Of a stretch of 23,941 nucleotides of DNA, positions 17,456 to 23,941 are shown piece after piece (within the stretch, counting starts at the first letter, position 1; the number at the start of each line of letters is the position of its first letter). Below the pieces are notes generated by a model that did no database searches, was not told the origin of the DNA, and saw nothing but the letters and a program-made list of their open reading frames with translations. Source of the stretch: Myxococcaceae bacterium (GTDB lineage Bacteria > Myxococcota > Myxococcia > Myxococcales > Myxococcaceae). Location of the stretch: positions 1 through 23,941 of the forward strand of contig JBGAIY010000064.1 of assembly GCA_044225205.1 (NCBI GenBank). Direction: 5' to 3'. The position numbers were made by a program, and so were the translations under genes.

Positions 17456-17644
17456 ATGAGCACCGATAAAAAAGGCACGAAGATCTTGGCGCGTACGTTC
17501 TTTGCGCAATTGCGTGCGGGTGGTTACACTCAGAACCAGATCATCGACATTGCCAGCGAGCTGATTGACCTGGTGACCGTCGACTTGAAAGCAGATGTGA
17601 AGGCTGTTGACGGCGCGCAGCAAGAAACCCGCGCGAACGCTTAA
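17456..17644 (+). CDS. Small hypothetical protein (62 aa) with GC3 noticeably lower than its neighbours
   Basis: ATG follows a GGGGAGA Shine-Dalgarno 5 nt upstream. Product is MSTDKKGTKILARTFFAQLRAGGYTQNQIIDIASELIDLVTVDLKADVKAVDGAQQETRANA. The gene is followed by two hairpins and a strong terminator. Codons such as aaa, cgt, ggt, ttg and caa are frequent, in contrast to flanking genes. Confidence 0.55.
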   Translation: MSTDKKGTKILARTFFAQLRAGGYTQNQIIDIASELIDLVTVDLKADVKAVDGAQQETRANA

Positions 17645-17735
17645 CAGTCGGTGACCCCACGAGGGCGCCGCTGAAGTTCCGGGCTGGTACCGGGGTTTCA
17701 GGGCCCTTCGGGGTCAAGCGGTAGACCCGCAGTCA

Positions 17736-17768
17736 AAACCCGGCCTGGTGCCGGGTTTCGTTTTTTCT
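17736..17768. terminator. Bidirectional rho-independent terminator between the small ORF (+) and dgkA (-)
   Basis: aaaa-CCCGGC-ctggt-GCCGGG-tttcgttttttct forms a 6-bp GC stem flanked by an A-run and a T-run. The T-run abuts the dgkA stop codon (cta at 17767-17769). Confidence 0.7.
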
Positions 17769-18474
17769 AGGGCCTTCGTTGGCGCGCGTGCGCGGCACTG
17801 CCCATGACCACCAACAACCCCAGGCTCATGGCCCAGAACACGTAACTCTCGGTGAATTCGAGCGTGCGGGCCCAGAGCCCGAGGGCCGCCACCCCCACCA
17901 GCACGACGAGCCAGGTCGGCTTCTTCGACTCGTGCATGAGCGTGCCGCCTAAAAACGCGAGCGGGGCGCCGTAGAGCACTTGGCGCTCAATGGCGTCGGG
18001 GTGGGCGAAAATCGTCTCGGCGTTGTGCACCAAAATCGCGGCGAAAATGGTGACGGTGCCAATGGCGAGCACCAGCACTCCGGCGGCGGCGATGTCTTTG
18101 GTGAGCTTCGCCTTTTCGTCGAACTGTTGAATCGCCAAGTCGACCAGCTGCTCGAGCGCCGAGTTCAGCATTTCGGCGAAGAAAATCAGCATCACGCAAA
18201 ACAGCATCGTCACTTTTTCGGCGAGGCCCAGCGGTATGCCCTGGCCGACCTGGGCCACGAGCAGCGCCGAAATCAGGTGCATGCGCATGTTGCGCTGGTG
18301 CACGACGGTGTGAATGAGGCCGCTCCAGGCGTGCCACAGCGAGCGCACGAAAGTGCTGGCCGAAGTCGGGGCTTGGTACGCGGGCGGCGGTTGCACGCCG
18401 GCCGCTATACCAAACATGGCGCGCGGGTACGCGTCAGACTCCGGCGTGGCCCTCGTCAAAGACACCACGTTCAC
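17767..18474 (-). CDS. dgkA: Diacylglycerol kinase / undecaprenol kinase (DgkA family) with a ~100-aa C-terminal two-TM extension
   Basis: FVRSLWHAWSGLIHTVVHQRNMRMHLISALLVAQ...FFAEMLNSALEQLVDL...DEKAKLTKDIAAAGVLVLAIGTVTIFAAIL is the DgkA core. The likely true start is the internal ATG at 18417 (MFGIAAG...). Confidence 0.8.
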   Translation of the reverse strand: MNVVSLTRATPESDAYPRAMFGIAAGVQPPPAYQAPTSASTFVRSLWHAWSGLIHTVVHQRNMRMHLISALLVAQVGQGIPLGLAEKVTMLFCVMLIFFAEMLNSALEQLVDLAIQQFDEKAKLTKDIAAAGVLVLAIGTVTIFAAILVHNAETIFAHPDAIERQVLYGAPLAFLGGTLMHESKKPTWLVVLVGVAALGLWARTLEFTESYVFWAMSLGLLVVMGSAAHARQRRP

Positions 18475-18630
18475 GAAAACTGATTTCGGCGAATCGTGCC
18501 AGGGCGCCCCCGGGTTGTACCCGGTGGTGTTCTCGTGGGCCCGTCATTCGCCGGTTTGATCAGGTGAGCGTGTGAAGGAGCCTGTGAAGCTCTCTTTAGA
18601 CCGGTCTCTTCCCCTCGGGAGGAAACCACC

Positions 18631-18703
18631 ATTGGAATAGCTCAATTGGTAGAGCATCAGACTGAAACTCTGACTGTCGAAGGTTCGAACCCTTCTTCCA
18701 CCC
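18631..18703 (+). tRNA. tRNA-Phe(GAA)-like gene, 73 nt, AT-rich (~47% GC), with a noncanonical acceptor stem (A1:C72 and U2:C71 mismatches); possibly a foreign or degenerate tRNA
   Basis: Manual fold: acceptor attggaa/ttccacc (5 of 7 pairs), U8, D-arm gctc-aattggta-gagc, anticodon arm tcaga-ctGAAac-tctga, variable loop ctgtc, T-arm gaagg-ttcgaac-ccttc, discriminator c. CCA is not encoded. Confidence 0.55.
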
Positions 18704-18972
18704 GGTCGTTGGCGTGACTTGCCGGCACCGCGTCGGGCGGTCAGTCGTTTCACCCTCACCCGGAGCCCGCAGCCTGACCTGGCTCACCTGCCCGTGCCGT
18801 TCGGCGTGCAGACCAGCCTCCGTCACGCCGGTCGTACGCGTGGGAGTGAGACGGCGACCGTGCGCGTGCCGTTCGACGCGCAACCGAGGCGTGCTCGTGG
18901 GTCACGTCGACGGCCACTTTTTTTCACCAGTGCCGCACCGCAACACAACGCAGCAAAGAGGAGGTTCACGCC

Positions 18973-20088
18973 ATGATCATCGATGTTTCTCTCAACGAGC
19001 GCGCTTTCGTGTTGGTCGACGGGGTGCCCCGCAAGTACCTCGAGCCGGGCCAGCACTCGTTCAGCGCGTGGTTCTCGACCGTGAAGGTCGAAAAGGTCAG
19101 CGTGACCAACCTCTTCGCCGACCTCGACGCGTCGCGCTTGGCGTTGGTGCCCGAGCCCGACCTGAAGGTCGTGACGCTGCTCGCTCACGAGCGGGCCGTG
19201 GTGATGCGCCGGGGCCGCGCGGTTCAGTGGCTGTCGGCCGGCACCCACCAGCTGTGGACGGTGGAGCGCTCGGTCGACCGCAAGACGGGGGCGGTGACGC
19301 CGCTCGTCGAAGTGCTCGTGTTCGACACGTCGTCGGTGGAGGCGCCGCTGTTCAACGCCGACCTGGCGCAGGTCAACAAGGGCAAAGACCACGTCGAGGT
19401 GTTGGCGCCCGAAGGCTCGGTCGTCATTCGCACGGTCGATGGTCACTTCGACGCCGTCTTGCCGGCGGGTCGTCATGCCGCGTGGTGCACGCAGCGCACG
19501 GTGCAGTTCGCGATCATCGACCTGCGTGAGCGGCTGCTGCACGTGAACGGGCAAGACGTGTTGACCCGTGACCACGTGTCGCTGCGGCTCAACGTGTCGG
19601 CGACGTTTCGGGTGAGCGACGTCAAGCGGCTGGCCACGGTGGCCCGCGCGCCTGACGACAGCCTGTACCTCGTCATGCAGTTGGTGGCGCGCGACGCGGT
19701 CATGTCGCGCACGCTCGACGAGGTGCTCGCCGCTCGCGACGAGCTCGCGAAGGTCATGACTCCGCTCGTCGCGGCTCGGGCGACGGCGTTGGGCCTCGAG
19801 CTCGTTGAACTCGGCATCAAAGACCTCATCTTGCCGGGCGACATGAAGGAGTTGCTCAACAAGGTGATTCAGGCGACCAAGGAGGCCGAAGCCAACGTGA
19901 TTTTGCGCCGTGAAGAGACGGCCGCGACCCGCTCGTTGGCCCAGACCGCCAAGGTGCTGCAAGACAACCCCCTGCTCGTGCGCCTGAAGGAACTCGAGGC
20001 GTACAAGGAGCTCGCGGGCAAGGTCGGCAAGCTGAACCTCGTGATGGGTGAGGCTTCGCTGCCGAGCTTGCAGGTCAAAATGAAGTGA
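18973..20088 (+). CDS. SPFH / band-7 (stomatin-prohibitin-flotillin-HflK/C) domain protein
   Basis: A perfect AGGAGG sits 8 nt upstream of the ATG. The region LRLNVSATFRVSDVKRLATV...LVARDAVMSRTLDEVLAARDELAKVMTPLVAARATALGLELVELGIKDLILP...EAEANVILRREETAATRSLAQTAKVL matches the SPFH fold and coiled coil. Confidence 0.85.
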   Translation: MIIDVSLNERAFVLVDGVPRKYLEPGQHSFSAWFSTVKVEKVSVTNLFADLDASRLALVPEPDLKVVTLLAHERAVVMRRGRAVQWLSAGTHQLWTVERSVDRKTGAVTPLVEVLVFDTSSVEAPLFNADLAQVNKGKDHVEVLAPEGSVVIRTVDGHFDAVLPAGRHAAWCTQRTVQFAIIDLRERLLHVNGQDVLTRDHVSLRLNVSATFRVSDVKRLATVARAPDDSLYLVMQLVARDAVMSRTLDEVLAARDELAKVMTPLVAARATALGLELVELGIKDLILPGDMKELLNKVIQATKEAEANVILRREETAATRSLAQTAKVLQDNPLLVRLKELEAYKELAGKVGKLNLVMGEASLPSLQVKMK

Positions 20089-20093
20089 CGGGG

Positions 20094-20128
20094 CGAGCGG
20101 GGAGGCAACTCCCCGCTCGTCTTGTTTG
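20094..20128 (+). terminator. Rho-independent terminator of the SPFH gene
   Basis: cgagcggggag-GCAA-ctccccgctcg is an 11-bp perfect stem with a GNRA loop, followed by tcttgtttgtg. It starts 6 nt after the TGA. Confidence 0.65.
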
Positions 20129-20131
20129 TGC

Positions 20132-21988
20132 TCAGGGCCGCGCCGTGCCCGCGTAGAACCCGTTCGCGCGTTCGACCGCGTCGAGGCCCACCTGGTGGCC
20201 CAGCCGTCGGCCCACGAAGTCGTCGGGCTGCAGGTGAATGCCGCCCCACAGGCGCGACTGGCCGGCTTGGTCGGCCGCGTCGAAGTACGTGGCCCACTGC
20301 AAGGTGACCGGTACCGAAGGGCCACTTTCGAAACCCAGTGACGTGATTCGGTATTCGTTGAGCCCCTGGGGGAAAAACGCGCTGCCGGTGAGCGCCGTCA
20401 ACACCTCGGCGGCGGCGCGGCTGAACGTGCTGTGGCCCGACACATACCCAGGAAACGCGGGGGTCACGAACGTGGCCCGCTGGTAGGGAAACCAGGTCGC
20501 CGTGCGGGCCCAGGCCACCCCGCCCAGGCCCTCGCCGCGCCAGCGCCGCAGGGCCACTTCGCCTTTGTACGCCGCCAACGCTTCGTGGCGCTGACCTGGG
20601 GCCGACGACTCGTCGGTAATGAGCTCAATGAGACCGGGCACCAGCGGCAACCCGTTCTCGTTGTACGAAGCCGCGCTCGGGTCAGACGACTGGCCCAAGC
20701 CGGCGAGGTACCGAATGATCGAAATGGGCCTCGCCGACGTGTAGACCCGTTTGACTTCCCAGGCGGTGATGGCGGCGTCGTGGAGCGCCCCGTTGAGCGC
20801 CAGGTAGACCTTCACGTCCCACTCCAGGGGGTCGAGCGAAGGCCCTTGGCCCGACCAGCGCCGCTCGAAGCCCGGGGCGTCGGCGACGTCGTTGGCCAGC
20901 ACGTTCCAATGGCCGGGGGGCGTTTCAGACTTGGGCCCGTCGGCCCAAAATTCGGCCAAGACGCGCCCAAAGTCGGCGACCGGCACGACGTTCGGCGCAT
21001 ACGGCGCGTGCGTCACCGGGTTCACCGCGTGACCCGAGCCGTCGTTCGCGCCGAGCGAGTTGTTGCCCAGGGCACCAGGCGAAATGTCAATGGTGTCGCT
21101 CGTGAGCCCGAGCTGCGACTGCTTGCGAATGACCTCGACCGCCCACGCGCGCACGTCGGCGCTCAGCGTGTGGGGTGGGGTGCCGGCGTCGTGGTAGAGC
21201 GCGTCGGGCTTGGTTCGCGACATGGCGAACGGGGTGACGTTCTTCCAATGGGCTCCGACGTAGGGTTGCACGCCCCCGTCTTGCGCGATGCCGTTTTGGG
21301 TGAAAGCCTGCGCCAGGCTGAGCGGCTGCCACAGGTCGGGGTTCGCCATGATGGTGCCTGGCGCGGTCACGAAGAGCGGTTGATTCGCGGCGACCCAGCC
21401 GGTCGTGTCGGCGTAGGCATTCGCCTCGTTGGCTCCGTCGTCGGCGCAGGCGGCGATGACCGTGCGCGCAATGTCGTTGCCGACCGCGCGGGCGGTGCCG
21501 CCGTCTGCGTCGGTGTCGGCCGGGTCGTAGCCCAAGCGGCGTACCTCGTCGGCCAAGCACGTCAGCACCACCGGCGCTCCGGCCGAACGGCGGTAGCGGT
21601 GCTCCAGCACCCGGTACGCGGCGTAGGTGATGGCTTCGCGCCTCGCCGCCGGCACGTCGGCCGCGTTGTTTTTGTTGGTGAAATAGACGCCGTCGCTCGT
21701 CGGGTCGTACGTGGCCCAGGCGTCGTACATGGCCGCCGAAACGTGAAAGAGGTTTCGGGCGTGCACCGTGGGTTGCGGCAGGTCGCGGCGAATGGCGGCC
21801 AGGGTCATCTCGTCCCACCTCCGGGCGACCGAGAACCCGGCGTCGGGGCCTTCGACCAGAGCCCAGTCGGCTTCGGTGAACGGGCAGGCCGCGTCGGCGG
21901 TGCTCGGGTCGGCGGGCGACGGCGCAGGGCCGGGGCAGCCCAGGCAGAGGCACGAACCAACCCAGAGGGCGACCAGTCGAATGCGCAT
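20132..21988 (-). CDS. PAP2-superfamily / vanadium-dependent haloperoxidase-like lipoprotein
   Basis: The internal start MRIRLVALWVGSCLCLGC provides a signal peptide and lipobox. The ORF-track start at 22603 adds ~200 Arg-rich residues and was rejected. All three PAP2 motifs are present: KRVYTSARP, YVSGHS and SRLWGGIHLQPDD. Confidence 0.75.
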   Translation of the reverse strand: MRIRLVALWVGSCLCLGCPGPAPSPADPSTADAACPFTEADWALVEGPDAGFSVARRWDEMTLAAIRRDLPQPTVHARNLFHVSAAMYDAWATYDPTSDGVYFTNKNNAADVPAARREAITYAAYRVLEHRYRRSAGAPVVLTCLADEVRRLGYDPADTDADGGTARAVGNDIARTVIAACADDGANEANAYADTTGWVAANQPLFVTAPGTIMANPDLWQPLSLAQAFTQNGIAQDGGVQPYVGAHWKNVTPFAMSRTKPDALYHDAGTPPHTLSADVRAWAVEVIRKQSQLGLTSDTIDISPGALGNNSLGANDGSGHAVNPVTHAPYAPNVVPVADFGRVLAEFWADGPKSETPPGHWNVLANDVADAPGFERRWSGQGPSLDPLEWDVKVYLALNGALHDAAITAWEVKRVYTSARPISIIRYLAGLGQSSDPSAASYNENGLPLVPGLIELITDESSAPGQRHEALAAYKGEVALRRWRGEGLGGVAWARTATWFPYQRATFVTPAFPGYVSGHSTFSRAAAEVLTALTGSAFFPQGLNEYRITSLGFESGPSVPVTLQWATYFDAADQAGQSRLWGGIHLQPDDFVGRRLGHQVGLDAVERANGFYAGTARP

Positions 21989-22114
21989 GAGAGCCGCTCG
22001 CTTACCAAACCGCGCCAGGGCGAGGGTGATTCGTCGAAGGCGCCGAAGTTCTTCACTCCGGCTTGGCGAAAATCGGCCAGTGCAGCGGCGCGGCACTTCT
22101 GAAAAAATCACGGC

Positions 22115-23749
22115 ATGCGCACGTCGACGGGGTTGTTGCTGTTGTGGTGCGGTTGCTCGCTTGCGGTCGACCCAGGCCCCGGCGTTTCGACCCGAGCCGA
22201 TGCCATTCGCGGAGGCACGGTCGACGCCGACGGTGGCTACCCGCAGACATTCATGGTTCGCACCAAGTACGACACTGGCGCACAGAGCTTGTGCACGGGC
22301 ACGCTGATCACATCGCGCACCATACTCACCGCCGCGCACTGCTTCGACCCGGCCGCGGGGCCGACGGGAGCGACGTCGGTGACCGACGTGTACGTGACGA
22401 ACGTGTCTCCCGACCCGGGGGCGACGAGCCCGTTGTGGGCGCGCATCGACCCCTCGCAGTGCCGCGTTCACCCGAACTTTCAAGCGTCGACGCCGCAAGA
22501 CTTCGACGTGGCGTTGACCGTCTTGCCCACCGCGTCGACCGTGAAGCCGGCGCCGCACCAGACCCGAACGCTGACGTCGGCCGACGTCAACGCACCGTTG
22601 CAAGTGGTGGGGTTCGGCGTGACGTCATTCGGCGGTACCGACAGCAAAATTCGCCGCTTCGTGACGTTGCCGCTCAAGTCGTTGACGGCGAAGCACCTGG
22701 GCATTGGCAACGGCGTCGACGAAGGCATGTGCAACGGCGATTCAGGGGGCCCGTCGTTCTTGCGCGGGCGTGACGGGGTTTGGCGGGTGGCGGGCATTCA
22801 TTCGTACGACTCGTCGCGGCCGAACTGCAACGACGGCCTCGACACCCGGGTCGACCTGTTCAAAGACTTCATCGAACAGTTCATTCGTGACCGCGAGGGC
22901 GGCCCGAGCTGCGACGAAGACGGCCAGTGCGCCGCCGGGTGCCCGACGGTCGACGTCGATTGCGTGTGCCAAGCCGACGGCAGCTGCAACGCGCAGTGCC
23001 CGAACCTGTTGACCGACCCCGACTGCCCGGCCGACTGCGTTGGCAACGGGGTGTGCGCGGTCGAAGCGTGCCCGCGGCCCGACCCCGACTGCGTGGCCGA
23101 GCTGGGCGCGTGCACCGCTGCGACCCAGTGCCGTTCTCGGCTGTGCGCGGCCGACCCCCAGCGGGCGAAGTCGTATTGCACGAGCAGTTGCCCGGGCAGC
23201 TGCCCGACGGGCACCGAATGCGTGGGCACGGCGTGCTTGCTGCCGCAGCTGCCGACCGCCACCGAAGGCCAGGCGTGCACGCCCACCGGTACGTTTTGCC
23301 TGGGCGGCACCGCCTGCAGCGGAGTGGCCCCCAACTGGTTGACCTGTCGCAAGACCTGCGCGGCCGACACCGACTGCGAAGCCTCTCTCGACTGCCTCGA
23401 TGCTGAAAACGGGGTGAAGGTGTGCGGGCGAATCGCGGCTCCGGGGGCTCCGTGCGACGTGGCGACGACGCGGTGTACGTCGGGCACCGCGTGCACCGCG
23501 CTGCCACAGGAACCGACGACGTGTCAGGTGACCTGCTCGGGCGACTCGGCGTGCCGGGCCGACGAACATTGCGACCTGGCGGTGGCGCTGTGCCGCCCGA
23601 AAGAGGTGGTCGTGCCGGCCGCGGGAGTCGAGACTTCGAAGCCGGCGACGACGGGGTGCGGAGCGGTGCCCGGCCCCCTTCTGTGGGGTGGGCTCGCGCT
23701 GGCGACGGCGGCGCGCCGGCCCCGGCGCGGCGTGCACCACCCGCGGTGA
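22115..23749 (+). CDS. Secreted trypsin-like S1 serine protease with C-terminal Cys-rich modules and a MYXO-CTERM sorting tail
   Basis: Catalytic triad context: LTAAHC, DVALTVL, GDSGGP. The C-terminus GCGAVPGPLLWGGLALATAARRPRRG has the MYXO-CTERM architecture (Cys, Gly-rich TM, Arg-rich). Between them lie about four ~50-aa Cys-rich modules. Transcription is divergent from the PAP2 gene. Confidence 0.85.
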   Translation: MRTSTGLLLLWCGCSLAVDPGPGVSTRADAIRGGTVDADGGYPQTFMVRTKYDTGAQSLCTGTLITSRTILTAAHCFDPAAGPTGATSVTDVYVTNVSPDPGATSPLWARIDPSQCRVHPNFQASTPQDFDVALTVLPTASTVKPAPHQTRTLTSADVNAPLQVVGFGVTSFGGTDSKIRRFVTLPLKSLTAKHLGIGNGVDEGMCNGDSGGPSFLRGRDGVWRVAGIHSYDSSRPNCNDGLDTRVDLFKDFIEQFIRDREGGPSCDEDGQCAAGCPTVDVDCVCQADGSCNAQCPNLLTDPDCPADCVGNGVCAVEACPRPDPDCVAELGACTAATQCRSRLCAADPQRAKSYCTSSCPGSCPTGTECVGTACLLPQLPTATEGQACTPTGTFCLGGTACSGVAPNWLTCRKTCAADTDCEASLDCLDAENGVKVCGRIAAPGAPCDVATTRCTSGTACTALPQEPTTCQVTCSGDSACRADEHCDLAVALCRPKEVVVPAAGVETSKPATTGCGAVPGPLLWGGLALATAARRPRRGVHHPR

Positions 23750-23941
23750 ATTTTCGTACTGAAGTCGGCCCCACGACCGGCCAAACCCGGCTACAACGAC
23801 CCCATGTGCGTCACGAGACCGCCGGGAGGCGGACAGTTGATGTCGACCAGCGGGAAGGAGGCCGTCGTGAGACGACCCTCGTGCTCCGCCTGGCGAAAGA
23901 AGCACCGCCAGTACCGAGTCTTGCGTGCAGCGTCATCGCGA

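Noticed and set aside
18620-18710. Reading the tRNA on the minus strand, or with a shifted acceptor, to rescue the stem
   Set aside because: The D-arm and T-arm consensus sequences are in sense on the + strand. No alternative register restores pairing at positions 1-2, so the mismatch is reported as is.
18823-20325. 500-aa minus-strand ORF opposite the SPFH gene
   Set aside because: It is antisense. The SPFH gene has a perfect Shine-Dalgarno and a terminator.
20432-22102. 556-aa plus-strand ORF opposite the PAP2 gene, and the 823-aa extended version of the PAP2 ORF starting at 22603
   Set aside because: One is antisense. The other is an Arg-rich N-terminal extension that would run through the divergent protease gene's start. 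The signal peptide at MRIRLVAL marks the real start.
22742-23905. 387-aa minus-strand ORF opposite the S1 protease
   Set aside because: It is antisense to a gene with an intact catalytic triad and MYXO-CTERM.
1-23941. CRISPR arrays, transposases/IS elements, integrases, rRNA
   Set aside because: None was found by eye. There are no spaced direct repeats, DDE or tyrosine-recombinase signatures, or rRNA-like conserved blocks.
23750-23941. Window tail after the protease gene
   Set aside because: It is too short and has no convincing start or Shine-Dalgarno, so it was left unannotated.

Overview
This is a 23.9 kb window from a very GC-rich (~70%) genome that is almost certainly myxobacterial: one protease ends in a MYXO-CTERM sorting tail, and DUF4339 and DUF4388 domains and many Cys-rich secreted lipoproteins are present. 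Coding density is high, and every frame is open on both strands. For every gene I accepted, the opposite strand carries a long Arg/Ala-rich mirror ORF that I rejected.

Layout:
- (1) A housekeeping block on the + strand: the 3' part of asnS, then a holA-metG-HEAT-repeat-tatD operon with ATGA/GTGA start/stop overlaps.
- (2) An accessory, secretome-rich block on the - strand. It holds an unusual multidomain c-di-GMP signalling protein (tandem MshEN motifs, a degenerate HD-GYP, a receiver-like domain and DUF4388). Downstream on the same strand lie an FN3 lipoprotein carrying an in-frame 18/36-nt Gly-rich tandem repeat and a right-handed beta-helix secreted protein. Nearby are a VOC/glyoxalase gene and a small lipoprotein.
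- (3) A truncated YhaM-like OB-fold protein with no HD domain, a START/Bet v1-like protein, and an FAD-dependent COG2509 oxidoreductase translationally coupled to a DUF4339 membrane protein.
- (4) A small low-GC3 ORF with an AT-rich promoter and a bidirectional terminator, dgkA, and an AT-rich tRNA-Phe(GAA)-like gene with a mismatched acceptor stem. Together these look like a possible foreign islet.
- (5) An SPFH/band-7 protein, a PAP2/vanadium-haloperoxidase-like lipoprotein, and a divergently transcribed trypsin-like S1 protease with Cys-rich modules and a MYXO-CTERM anchor.

I found no CRISPR array, transposase or integrase.

The most interesting candidate system is the MshEN/HD-GYP*/REC*/DUF4388 protein and the two secreted surface proteins that follow it on the same strand.
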